Shown one piece after another: positions 38,792 through 51,400 of a DNA stretch of 64,000 nucleotides (within the stretch, counting starts at the first letter, position 1; the number at the start of each line of letters is the position of its first letter). Origin of the DNA: Neodothiora populina (lineage: Eukaryota); assembly GCF_041146345.1 (NCBI RefSeq), contig NW_027191411.1:1488001-1552000 (forward strand). The letters run 5' to 3'. The position numbers were made by a program, and so were the translations under genes. The notes beneath the pieces are model-generated. The model saw only the letters and a program-made list of their open reading frames with translations. It was not told the origin of the DNA and ran no database searches.

Positions 38792-40647
38792 ATGGCTACT
38801 CAGGCACGCTTGCGTGTTCTATGTGACAAGGCTCAACTTCACGGTGATGACGAGAATGACAATGAGGAGGTGACATCCTGGAGCAATCGAGACCTGATTC
38901 CACTCCCGCCTTCGCGGCGAACATGGGGGTGGTTCCACTACTTTGGATATTGGACGCTAAGCTCATTGAATATCTCGAACTGGCAGACACCTAACACCTA
39001 CCTGACATACGGTCTCTCAGTTGGACAGTCGATGCTGGTGATAGTTGTCGGACGTTTACTGATCACCCTCTTCTCGACCCTGATTGCTTGGTGCGGTCTG
39101 CGTTGGCACATCGGGTTCACTGTTCAAAATCGCTATACCTGGGGCCACCGAGGAAGTTATATTCCATTACTTCAACGCATTCTTCTCAACTTCATTTGGT
39201 GTGCTGTACAATGTTGGAATGCTGGTCGCCTGACAGGCGTCATGCTCACTGCCATTTGGCCTTCGTTCGCGACGATGCATAATACTTTCGGACCTAGCAT
39301 GCCCACAACGACCAGCCAATTCGTGGGCTTTGTAGTGTTTTGGTTCCTGTCACTTCCTTTCCTGTGGATCAGACCCGAGAAGTTCAAGCTTCCGTTCATG
39401 GTCACTTCGATCTACTGTGGGGTGGGCATGCTCTGTATGATGATCTGGTCATTGAGCGTGGCGAAAGGGGTAGGTCCTCTCTGGACTACAGGTCAAAAAA
39501 TCCCCAGCACGTCGCAGTGGAATTCAAGCTGGCTCATCATGATGGGCATCAATCAAATGATTGGTGGTATTGCTGCCGGTAAGCCTATCCTCGCCCACTA
39601 AGATTTCGTCGTTCTAAGTCGAGTTTTCCGAAGGCATCACCAACGGATCGGACTTTAGCAGATATGCTCGTGGTCCCAAGCACTACATCGCCGGTACCAC
39701 CATATCCGCGTGGATTGTGGGCACGCTAGTCAGTCTGGTAGGTTTGGTAGTGACCAGCGCTTGCCAGACGATATACGGAGAGGTGTACTGGAACCCGCCC
39801 GATCTCCTTCTGAGAATGATGTCCGACGGACAAGGATCGTCAAAATCCAGAGCAGGCGTTTTCTTCCTTGCTTTCGGCTTCATGATCACCACCATGTTCG
39901 AGAACGTATGCGGAAACGCCGTAGCCGGCGGCATTGATCTGGCAGGATTGTTCCCCAAATATATCGACATCCGACGAGGAGCGATCCTGACATTCATCGC
40001 CGTCTGGATCTGTCAGCCGTGGCAACTCGTCAACAGAGCCTCGACATTCATCTCCGTCCTCAGCTCCTTCTCCGTGTTCCTATCACCCATCATGGGCGTC
40101 ATGGCCGTCGATTTCTTCTTGCTGAGAAGAGGCAATATCCGCCTCACACATTTGTATCGTGTGCACGACACGCAATACTGGTTCACTCACGGCGTGAACC
40201 TACGCGTGATACCCGCCTGGCTGTGCGGATGGGCACCAACGATAGGTGAGTCAACCGTTTCATCCCTTCTATGCCCGCAATCAAGCCTCGTAAACCCCTA
40301 CTGACAATTTCACCCCTCGAACAGGCGGCCTAATCGTAACCGTCCGCGGCGACGAAAACCCCAGCAGAGGCCTAGTGCAGCTCTACTACATGGCCTTCCT
40401 GATAGGCTTCTTCGTCAGCGGGACGATCTTCTTCATCCTGAACAAAATCTTCCCTTATCCCGGTATGGGCGAGTACGACGAGGTCGACTTCTACGGCACT
40501 TTCACGCCTGCGGAGGCGGCTAGGCGGGGAGTGATGCCTATCGAGAGTAGTGGTAGCTCGGAGGTGCTGGAGGGTGTGGCGCCGCTGTCGTTTGATGGAG
40601 AGGAGAAAGAACTGGCTCATGAAGCTGTTGTTGAGAAGAGAGCGTAA
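38792..40647 (+). CDS. NCS1-family (Fur4/Dal4-like) nucleobase/allantoin/hydantoin permease
   Basis: Exons 38792-39578, 39634-40245 and 40325-40647. SNRDLIPLPPSRRTW, WHIGFTVQNR, G|ITNGSDFSRY, WNPPDLL, GIDLAGLFPKYIDIRRG and QPWQL. Confidence 0.93.
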
Positions 40648-40813
40648 TTTCGAGAGGGCTTTGTTTTGTTTGATTTATAAGAATGAACGCGGGCAACGAG
40701 AGGGGTCAGATATCGTTTCAAGACCAAAACAGTCTGCAACACGTGCTCGTCGTCGTATATGAGCGATGCAGTATGGCTATCTTTCTCAATGTCACCGTTG
40801 CCTCCATGCACAG

Positions 40814-43800
40814 TCAACAAGTATCGTTTAATACATCGTTCATCTGAGGATCATGGCGCAGGTACCCTTTCTTTGTTGAGGGGTGGATATCTGGCGAGCT
40901 CGAGTATCTGCGGTTGGGTTGGCGGGGTATCGAGGGTATCTTACTAGATGTCATTTCGTTCGGGATGAAACCACCATTTTCCACAGTAGCGGTGGTGAGA
41001 TTTCCAGAGGAAATTTTCCGCTTCTTCCTCAGCCTACCAGCTGATACTGGCGTAGTCTCACTCGAGGCATCCCAAGTCGTAGCCTCGGTCATGGTCTCAT
41101 CGCGTGATGGTGGAATTTCTGCCGCTTTTGCTTCTTCAGCCATTCTGATCTGCCTTTGAGCTTCTTCGATGGCAGCATCACGATCTTTCGCCTGCTGAAG
41201 TCGGTAGTCTTCATGTTCTTTTGCGACTTTGGCTCTTGATGTAGCAAGGTATGCTGCGACGTCCTCGTCATTTGCCACACCTTCAACGCAATGATGGCAC
41301 TCGACATACCAAGCATTTCTCGTCTCATAATGCAGCATGTCGTACTCAGGAAGACTGCCACCAAGTAGTTGAGCCTGATCCCAGTCAAGGCAGTCCTCAC
41401 AAAAGCCCTTCTCGCACCAGCGGCAGCGATATATCAAGCCACCAGCGTCGGAAGTATTTTTTTCGCAATCGAAGCAGTGGTGTTGCGAGCAATGAAAACC
41501 TGTGTTGCGCTTCGCCTTCGCCTTGAATAAAGCACTGAGACAATCTTCATGATATATGCGAGGACAACCAGAACACAGGATCACTTCTCCGCCGTCATGG
41601 CAGACTTGGCAGTAGTCTTGATGCTGGATCGGAGGCGCCTTCTCTCGCTTCGGTTCGGCAAGCCGAGGATCCTTTCCAGCCATGGTAGGTACAGCCTCCC
41701 AGTCAGCACACTGTAGACTTTCTTTGTTGATGGCATACCCATTCATCATGACAGTGGTATTCTTGCCAACGCGACGATCTGAGCGGCTCACCTCTGCGGG
41801 AGCGAGGAGACCTGCTTGAATCTGACGTTGATATTTGACACCATCGAGAACGGCACATTCAACACGTTCCATCTTAGCAAGCCACTCTTTCTCGTTCACA
41901 GTGCCGTCGTGATGTGCGACATTTGGGTCTTCAGGCCGGTCCTTGCACTTGTCTATGATGGTACTGAAGTCCCAAGATAACATTTCGTTCACATCAATTT
42001 CCGGGTGAGTCAAAGTTGTTGCACCACGCCTGATCAAAGACATGAGTTCTGTCGTACCGAGCTGAGGTGTTGCCTCTTCAGGGGAATCTTTCATATCTCT
42101 TGTAACGCCGCGCTTGCGTTTGCGCGAAGACGGTTCTAACGTCGCTTCTGAATGTATATCTCGCATCGACTCGGTAATCTTAGCAGACAGGTAAAGCTTC
42201 TTGCGGATGCGCCCCATCATTTGCTCCTCAACGGTACCTTGAGTGCAGATCTTGTAGATAGTAACAGGCTTCGTCTGGCCAATCCGGTGGGCGCGAGCTT
42301 CAGCCTGGATAGTAACCTGTGGGTTCCAATCCTCGTCGAGGAAGACGATATCTGATGCCGCCGTCAGGTTCAGACCGAGGCCACCGGCTCTAGTTGAAAT
42401 GAGCATGACCCGATACTCGGACGATACTTCATTGAACAGTCGTATATCCAAATTGCGTTTGGCTCTGGCTGTCTGACCGTCCAGACGCAAATAGCGGAAA
42501 GGTGCTTGGGATTCATGTTCATTGGTGCCTTTGAGCGCAAGCAGATCCTCGCAGAAGTCAAGGGTGTTAGTGAAACCGGAGAAGATCAAGATTTTCTTTC
42601 TCTGTTTGATGACCAATTCATCAATGAGTCGACTCAAAACGATGAATTTCCCGGACGCATGTATTATGTGATCGCCAAGCATATAGGGATCAGGAAGAGC
42701 TCCTTTAATCTGATAAGGATGCACGCAACACTTGCGCAGTTGCATGACAAGGTTGAGGAGCCGCTTGTATGCGGATGTCTGCTTCGCGTCCGACTGTTCA
42801 TTCTCGATAGCCTCCTGCATAATCCTCCTGCTTTCAGCCCACTGATCGTTATCATGGTCGATGCCGTCAACGGCTCTTTCGAGCTGTGATAACTGTTCGT
42901 TCTCCAAAGATTCGATCTGTAGAGTCTTGGTTTCCTTGTCTTTGCTACCAGTGAAGAGCTCATCGATAAGGCTGTTACCAGCCTTCGTCAAGAGTCTGGT
43001 GTACCAGAACCTCTGCATAGGTGTCAGAGGAACATATAGAAGCACTTCCTCCTTGGGTGGGAGTCCGAGATTGACGTCCGGGCTGGACTTCAAGCGTCGG
43101 ATCATGATCAACTCCAGGAGACGACGAGCGTTGTCCATGAAAGCAGTGGATACCTTTCCCTTTCCAAGATCAAAGGCCTCGGCGAACATGTCTGCAGTCT
43201 TGGTTGGAAAGACGTCTGGAAAAAGCCAATGGAGTAATGCCCACATCTCTCTCAAGTTGTTCTGCATAGGAGTTCCGGTAAGAAGCAAGCGATGCTCAGC
43301 TCGCAAAGTTTGCAGGGCTTGGGAAACATTGGACTTTTCGTTCTTGATTTTGTGGCCCTCATCGAGGATAATGTATCGCCAGACGAAGGCTTTCTGGAAC
43401 CAGTTCTTCTCGGCGACGAAAACTTCACATGTAGTGATGAGTATATCAAACCCAGCATCGTTCTCGTCATCGAAAATCCGTCCACGAGCAGCACCGGCCC
43501 CTTTGTGGAGCTTCTGAGTTCTTTTGTTCTTGGTAGCAGATGTCTCGTTGCCAAATCGGTCGATCTTACCACTCGCTTGTTGTTTCAGATTCTCACGCTC
43601 CGATGCATTTCCGTGGAAACGCATAGGGCGGAGCTTTGGCGTCCACTTACGGCACTCGTTGTACCAGGATTCTAGCACACTGAGCGGGCACACTACAAGG
43701 TAAGGACGGGAAAGTCCAGGTGGCGGTGGATGTGATTCTTCCAAGTACTGTATCAAGGATAGAGTCTGAAGAGTCTTGCCCAGTCCCATCTCATCACCTA

Positions 43801-44722
43801 AAATAGCTGACATGCCGTTCTTGTACATTGTCGCAAGGAAAGACAATCCCTTCAGCTGATAAGGCTTCATGATAGCAGTGACACTGAAGCGCGGAGGGTC
43901 AGCAAAAATAAAAATTGGCCGAGGAGACGTGACTTACTTTTCCGGTTGCCATTGCAGTTGTGAATGGGGCACAATGCTCTGAGTGAGCTTATGCGATTGT
44001 TCGAGCTTCGTGATGTAGTTGGTAGACGCAAGCAGTGGCAAGAAATAGTCTTTGTAATGAAGCAGAAAAGCATCGCGCTTGGACCCGGTCTTTGTGATGA
44101 TCTCATCGCAAGCACGATTACGAGCAGTATCTGGTTTAACAGATGTCTTGATGTTCTTCGTTCGCGCGGCGTGGTCTGTTGTGTTGATAGCATCAGACTC
44201 CAGGATACGCTCCGATCGCAGCTTCCTAGGCTTCGGTGAGGGTGCGATGACCTTCTCTGGTGCGTAGCTCATTGTGGCTCTGGTTGAGCGTGCAGGTTGA
44301 TTTCGTGCCGGTGGTGGAACAAGAGCAGTCTCAAGTTTCTCAGACGGGTCTCGGTCCATCTCGCTGAAGGCCGTAACATTGATATTTGATAATATGCTAT
44401 CTTCGCTTCTGACGCTCAGCCGCCTTGTAGATTCAGGTTCATCCGATGGTCCAGAGGTGTGATGTGCCATTGTGCTAGGAGTGAGGGAGGCAATACCACT
44501 TTGCTTATCTGGTTCGACGGCCGAGGATGGCTGAGATTGCCTCTGACTACCGGAGCGATTCATTCGTGTGATCGAACTTGGTGAAGGTTGAGCCTTGAAT
44601 AGAGCAAGCAGACTAGCCGCCGAAACTCGCTTCTTAGGTATGGAAGGCGTTGCTGCTCCAGATTTGTCCATAGCTGTTGCCTGCGCAGACTTCTGGCGCA
44701 GCGATGCTCGTCGTTCGCTCAT
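40814..44722 (-). CDS. SNF2-family (ISWI-like) ATPase with C-terminal PHD/Cys-His-rich zinc fingers
   Basis: Exons 44722-43938 and 43883-40814. ILGDEMGLGKT, ILDEGH, LLLTGTPMQNN, QLRKCCVHPY, STRAGGLGLNL and QAEARAHRIGQ; then CQVCHDGGEVILCSGCPRIYHEDC...CRWCEKGFCEDC. Confidence 0.93.
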
Positions 44723-44796
44723 TGCGCGAAGGTACGAGTAACCTGGTTGGAGCAGAAAAGAAATTGCGAGAGATATCACGACGATCGGAATACTCT

Positions 44797-44859
44797 TTCA
44801 CGTGAAGTAGCTGGAAATTGAAGAATTTGCCGCACTCCCAAAATCACTTTTCACGTGAA
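44797..44859. promoter_or_regulatory. Two copies of the palindrome TTCACGTGAA (E-box)
   Basis: At 44797-44806 and 44850-44859, about 75 and 130 bp upstream of the SNF2 ATG. Confidence 0.5.
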
Positions 44860-45701
44860 GTGAGCAAGCCACCTTACTGTCGCGAATGTCTAGGTATGAC
44901 ACGATCGCAATCTATGCCTTCTGTTTTCCTCCGCGGCTCTTCGAATTCAGGCCATATTGATGTTCCAGACAATCGCTATATTAGACAAACCGAAAAACCT
45001 TGAGGTCCTTGATAATCCCTCTGAGAAATGAGGCAACCTTGATGCTCGATGTCCTCAAACAAGACGGACCGTTTGGTCATGATTCGGAAAGCGATCTAAA
45101 CTTAATCAAGCATACCTACTACTCCAGGGGCTCGAAAGTCGTCGGATCAGCAAGACCAGGTAGCAAGAGCAATCTTCGTGGTTGACATGTGCAGCTCTCC
45201 AAAAGCTAAGCTCGGATATAATAGTACACCTGCAACGGATCCAGAATGGCGGTACACAATCACGACGAATGAAATTTGGAGTTTATGATACAATTGCAAG
45301 AAGTGAAATTCTAGGTACCTTACGGTACTGTACGCTCCCTGAGCAAGACTACGAAACTTCGTAGATATTATTGGCATCTATCGAGTGACGTTCGTCAAAC
45401 GCGATTAAATTGCCAGGATTCTACGCGTATGGCTCGCGTCTCCGAAGCGCACCAATCGAAGATACGGCAACTAATCGATCGGGCTTTGTGCAGGTAAACT
45501 CCGCGGAGGTTCTATCTAAATTATGAAGAGATTCTCTGTGTATCTCTATCGTACTTGTGTAATGTTTCATCGTTAATGTATGGGATGTGGAAGAGAGTAC
45601 TAATTACACCAAAAACACATTGTGTCTATAGAGCACAGAAGACTCGACCGATCTTTATAGTAAAGCAACTTCTTGGTTCTGGTCATCGCAGTAGCAGCAG
45701 T

Positions 45702-46360
45702 ATGAGCCAGCCATTCGCCGAGATAGCAAGAGGAATTCCCAAAGCCTCTGAGCCCACAGATGCGGCAGCGCCAGAGAGAGAAGACCAGGAATGCCCAAAG
45801 ATGACGCCGCAAGAATTTCGAACGTACAATAGACTGGCGGAGCACATGGACATGTTCGTAAGTGGCACTTTTCGCAACTGAACTGTAACCAGTTGCCGAA
45901 ACATGCACTAACGATTTCTTTTCCCGTTCAGCACGAGAACTTCCGCCGGACATGGAACCTGCTCTACGGTGCTTGTGAAGCCGGCAAACGACCTCAAGGT
46001 ATGAGCATTCGGACTTTCCTCGCGGCGGGTGACGACTTCTGTCATCATCTCACCATACATCACACCATCGAAGAACAGCATATATTCCCCGTCCTAGCCA
46101 AGAAAATGCCTGCGTTCCGTAAAGAGCTGGAGCTCCTCGATCAGCACAAGCAGATTCATCATGGAATCGAAAAGCTGGAAGAATATATTGCTGGAGTGCG
46201 ATCCGGTCAGCGAGACCTTGTGTATGGCGACTTGAAGGCTGTTCTGGAGACCTTTGGCAAGGTCCTATGGACACATCTTGATCAGGAGGTGCATGAGCTC
46301 AGGGCAGAGAACATGAAGAAACACTGGACCCCAGAGGAGATTAGGAGAATACCAATGTAA
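45702..46360 (+). CDS. Hemerythrin/HHE cation-binding domain protein
   Basis: Exons 45702-45857 and 45932-46360. MDMF|HENFR, HLTIHHTIEEQHIFP, QHKQIH and LWTHLDQEV. Confidence 0.88.
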
Positions 46361-46448
46361 TGCAGTTACGACAACTGGTGTATATTCCCTGCAACAGTGT
46401 GCGTGATTTCTAAGACGAATATTTCGTTGCGTGGTCAAGATGAGTTTT

Positions 46449-47678
46449 TCAGGTAGGTCGGCCTTGCTTTCTAGCAGCGGCAAACTTTTCATGCCATTTA
46501 CGTTTGTTGCCTGTGATCGCTTCTGTTGGATTGGCGGCTGATGTTGCTGAGGCAGCTTCCCCAAGTTGGTGTTCTGCACCCTCCCCACTGAAGCGGATGT
46601 AGTCACTTGCAATCGCATATGAGCCATGCTGAAGGCGATTAGTATACATAAATGATTGAAGTCAGTCCACACTTACTGGAAGGATTTCAATCCTGCCATC
46701 TTCTCTCCATGCCTCTGGTAGACTGTCTTTCCACATCTTAATGAATTCATCTTTCTGCAACCTGGGTGAAGTGGGCTGTGCTTCATTTTGGGCTTGCAAG
46801 ATCAAAAGACCCAACCACTTCGCCGTCTCAGCTTGATCAAGAGTTGAGCCTTTGCTCAGCACCGACTCAGCATGGTCTTTCTCGGATAAGTCTTCGTGAT
46901 TGAAGTGTAAGCGACGCATTAGCGCCGCCCTCAGTTGGTGAGGATATTCGTCTTCAGGATCCCAGAGCGCTTCCAGCATAGTACCAGTCCTCAGAGTTCC
47001 TGCTAGATCCACACCCTCGGATCGAGCAATCTCGCTCAACCGAGTCCATGTTTTCAGCAGAATTTGCGCGGAGGGACGGAAACATCTCTTTGGTAACGCG
47101 CGGAATGGTGGAAGCTCAAACGCTACAAGGTCAATCCACGTACTTTCACATTCGGCGTCGCTCATGGGAGTTCCGGCGAACACAGCAGATTTGTCCAAGT
47201 ACTCTGGTAATGCTCTATTTGCATCCTCGAGCTCGACGAAGAGCGGCAAAGTAGCCCGGAGAGTGCTTTTGGCGGAACCTGTGGGAGCATTGATGATCTC
47301 CAATGATGAAGTACATTGAGATATAGAAGTAAAATTGTGGATCGAGATAGCGTTAGGGTCATCGCTTGGGTGAAGTGTTGGTAATACCATGTGGACTCCA
47401 TTTGAAGTTTGCTGCTGGCGCATGTGATAAGTTTTGTCCGGTGTACATAGTACTGCTTCGGCATTCCCAGCCGTAGCTGTGCCATCCGAGGACTTGAAAT
47501 GTAGTCTGCATGGGCATGAGCGGTTCATCCATCAACAAGGGCATCGACGCACGTACTTGGGAGCATTGGGTTGGCTTAAAGTATCTAGCAGTTCCGGAGG
47601 CAGTTCAAGAAGACGAAAGGACTGAGGCACAGCTGAGATACAGAAGGGAGACCCATTGTTCCTCTGAGAAGAGAGCAT
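46449..47678 (-). CDS. DCC1: Sister chromatid cohesion protein Dcc1 (Ctf18-RFC subunit)
   Basis: Three exons. FRLLELPPELL, EAVLCTPDKTYHMRQQQTSN, FIKMWKDSLP and C-terminal RKWHEKFAAAR. Confidence 0.87.
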
Positions 47679-48481
47679 CGCAAGATTGTCCGTCAGTTGA
47701 TTCGACTAGAAGCGCTCAAGACCTGTCCATAAAACAGGTATACTAAGCTCAGCTGGTTCTGTCAATATTTTCCACCTTCGGTTATCCTGGCTAGACATAC
47801 AAAGGTATTATCTGAATGTATGCAAGCATAGTACGCGATTACACGTTGGTAACGCGAAAGTCGTGTAACCAAGCTTGGCCCTGACTCGGTTAAATAAAGC
47901 TGTGTGCTGCACAGTTGCAACAGCCGCATGGAGCGCAGTAGTGCAGAGCGCCTGCCACCCTGTGCGGTGAATCTCTGTGTTGATGGAGCGGGGAGCTTGT
48001 CAACCAAATTCGGAATAGCGGCGATCGTTTGTTTGTTTGAAACTGGAGCAGTCCCTTATTTTGGCTTATTTTGGCAACGGCTATCTCAATCGTTCCGTTT
48101 CCAACGCTCTGGGTCTCGATTGCGCGACCGCCTTGTGCTTCTTGTCTGAACGTTCGTTCTCAAATCTAGTTGGCGCTGCACTGTCTATTGCGACCAAGTG
48201 CGCACGCAGTCGACAGCCCTTGAGTATACCGCAATTCGACGTGTCAAAAGCTGTGACAATCGTTTGTTTATTTGTGTATTTTGCAAGCAGCCTGGTCCTT
48301 GTTTACAAGTACTGCCTCTCACCGTCGCTTTCTCCGCCTGCGCTGCTTATCAACAATTGACGCGTTGGAGCGGAAGATGATCATCTGATTGATCGACGAC
48401 TCAAGGACCTCAAGTGCTCGCATGGTGGTGTTTTCATAACACTCTCTCTCCACAAGGAAAGTCGCCTTTTCCGTCGCGGCC

Positions 48482-51400
48482 ATGGTCGTCGTCACAACTC
48501 CCCTGCCAGCTTTGTCGGGCGAGCTGGCGCTGTTCCACACTACCGACCCCCTCCTCTCCAATTCTCCTGTCCTTGTCTTCTACGGTCCTGCCGCCTCCAT
48601 CTCTTCGACCACGTCACGTATACAGGTTCACGTCTTTACTCCGGCCGGCCTTGAATCATATACCCGCCTGGCCATCTCACCCAACTCTCCATATTATGCT
48701 GCTGTTACTGCATTGCCTAGAGAAGAGCAAGGCGACGAGGTGTGTCGAGGTCTTGCCTTTGGCTTGGCCAAGTATTTTGCGGAAATCCCCCGTCCAGCAA
48801 GAGATGCCTGGATTGCGCAAGCACTGCCCGCCAGGAAGGCTGCTTCGGCTTTTGCTCTCTTCACCGACGCTCACATTGCCATCTTGGCCACGCGCATGAA
48901 CAGAGTCGAGAATGCCGAAGAAGTAATCGATGACATCCAACGCGCTCTGGGTGAGCAATCGGCTTCCTGGATGGACCTGGATGTCATCCTACCACCCAAT
49001 TCTATTCAACCAGTGCAGTCAGAGCAAGAGCATGTCGACGGAGATGGGCCTGACGAAGATGAGCTATGCGCCAAACGCTATGGACAATATGCTTCTTTCA
49101 TCAAAATGCTGGGCGAGCCTGCCTTTCTTCCTACTTCTCGGCTAAAGCGTGCGCCCTCGAAGCCCACTGCTGTCGGCCGCAGTCAAGCCTTCCTCCGAGA
49201 CCAACGAGAGATTGTCCGGAAGGAAATGTGTGAGCTTGTCGACACTGAAGTGAATTATGTCGCGAAGCTTGACAACCTTGTGAACGGCATCGCTAGTGAC
49301 ATTCGCGGTACTGCCTCTAATCACGCAATACCTGTGGCTGGTCCGATCGAGCGCATGGTAGACGAGTTGTTCCCAGATACCCTGGACAAAATGCTCACCA
49401 TCAACAACGCTTTTCTCGAGACCATTCAAGCCGTCCTCGCTTCTACCCAAGATGCCGCCGATGCTGATATACAGAGTGAAGTGGAAGAGACATCCCACAC
49501 GACCATTTCCGACGAGATAGGACTGGCCGAATTCGCAAGATGCTTGATCGAGTGGTTTCCTAAATTCGCCGAAAGCTACCCTGCCTACATGCGATCCAAC
49601 GCTAGGTTTCCACGTCTCATGCGCAAAATCAACAGGCAAGCAGAGCCGGCCTTGCTCGCCAAATTCCAAGACATCGGAGAGAAGCGTTTGAATTCGATGC
49701 TGATCGAGCCCGTACAGCGCCTGCCGCGATACACTTTGTACATAGATAGCATCGCCAAGCAGCTACCTGTGGCCCATCCTGCTCTCAAGCTGCTTCTTAG
49801 AGCTCGCGACATTATTTCCGAAATTTGTTCTCAAGATGCCCCTGGTATGAGGGAAACGGATATTCTGGTACGACTACAACGTCTGGTCGGCTCATGGCCA
49901 GAGGAGATCGAAAACCTAGGCCGTCTGATCACAATCACCGACGCAGCGGAACTTTTGCCTCCTTACGACCCTGTTCAGAGTCGCGGATCATCTGGAGTGC
50001 TCATGCTATTCACCGACTGTGCTCTGTATCTGGAGAAGCGAGGAGAGCATGCCATGACTGCGAGAGCGCTACTGGCAGAGCTTGGAAAACCCCTACTGGA
50101 CGATCGAAGAGACTCGAGTCAAATGAATTTCACGCCTTCTCTACACTTCGTCGAAGCCTCTCCACTCAAGGACGCCGCTCTCACAGAATATCTTAATCAT
50201 CGCGCGATCAACATCGTTCCAATCACTGGTTTCGCCATCGAAAGTGGCATGATCCCGGAACATAGAGTGTATTTACTGGAAGGCAACTATGCCGGCAAAG
50301 CTTCTAGATTCCAAGAGGAATGGACAAAAGCGCAAGTCGAAGGTCGTTTCTCCGAAGAAGAGCGTGACAGTGGGAAATGGGAGGTTCGCAGTGCGCAAGG
50401 AGGCGCTGGCGAACTCAATCTCTTTAATGCCATCTTCGAGCAACAAGCCGACAGATCACCGAGCTCCACCAGAGTCAAGCTCCTTGTAGACCCAGAGAAA
50501 CATGATGGACGGGCTAAAATTGGAGATGACGGTCTAGAGGCCATCATTTCCATGATCGGTCTAGGCGATGGCTTCTGGCAAATAGAAACTGAAAGTGCTC
50601 TCGCCACAGTGGTGCGTGACAAGGTCACAGAGGGAGAGTTCCTGCCGGTGCTTCTGCGCAGATGTAAGTCATGTCGCGATCAACTTGTTTGGTTTCTATC
50701 CACTAACGCCCTTGAACAGTGGGCGGTTTGCTGCAAGCTCGTTTCTCAGCCAGGAATCCAGCCATCGTCAAGGCTCTCGTGCTTCGTCATCAGCAAATCA
50801 TCGATGATCTGAATCTGCAATTCATGGTCGTTGATGGTGCGCACAGTGTCCCTATTGCCTCACACGACCACGCGCAACGCCCCAAATCACCCGTCAAGCT
50901 ACTGTCTTCCTTTCTCGAGTCAAGACATCAGCCATCCAGTCGAGGCAGGATAGACCGTCCGTTCAGCATGGTTGATCCACCGGCACTACGGCCGCCATTG
51001 CAAACGTCAAAGACCACCATAGGTCCGGAAACTTATCGGCCATCATCGGCACCCTCTCCCAGGGACGAGTATGACGAGCGACCCTCAACCGCGCCGGAGT
51101 CATCACAGACACGCCCTGGTACCCCGTCCAAGAGACTTGAGGAGACTCTTTCGGCGTACTTCCTCGCACTTCAGGCCCGGAAGGGAAACATCGTCGGCAG
51201 AGTTGTCTCGGCTCGTGGCCGTGCAAACGAGCTTTCGGTCAACGAGCTGTATAATTCCCTTCTTGAAGACCCCAACATGATGGTCGTTGCAGCCCAGTCT
51301 TCGATTGATGTGCTCTTCGCTGCGTTTGAAAAGTTCCTCAAGACTGCTTGGAAGGAACAGTGTGGATCTATAATCTCGGTCACACATCTCAAGGAGATTC

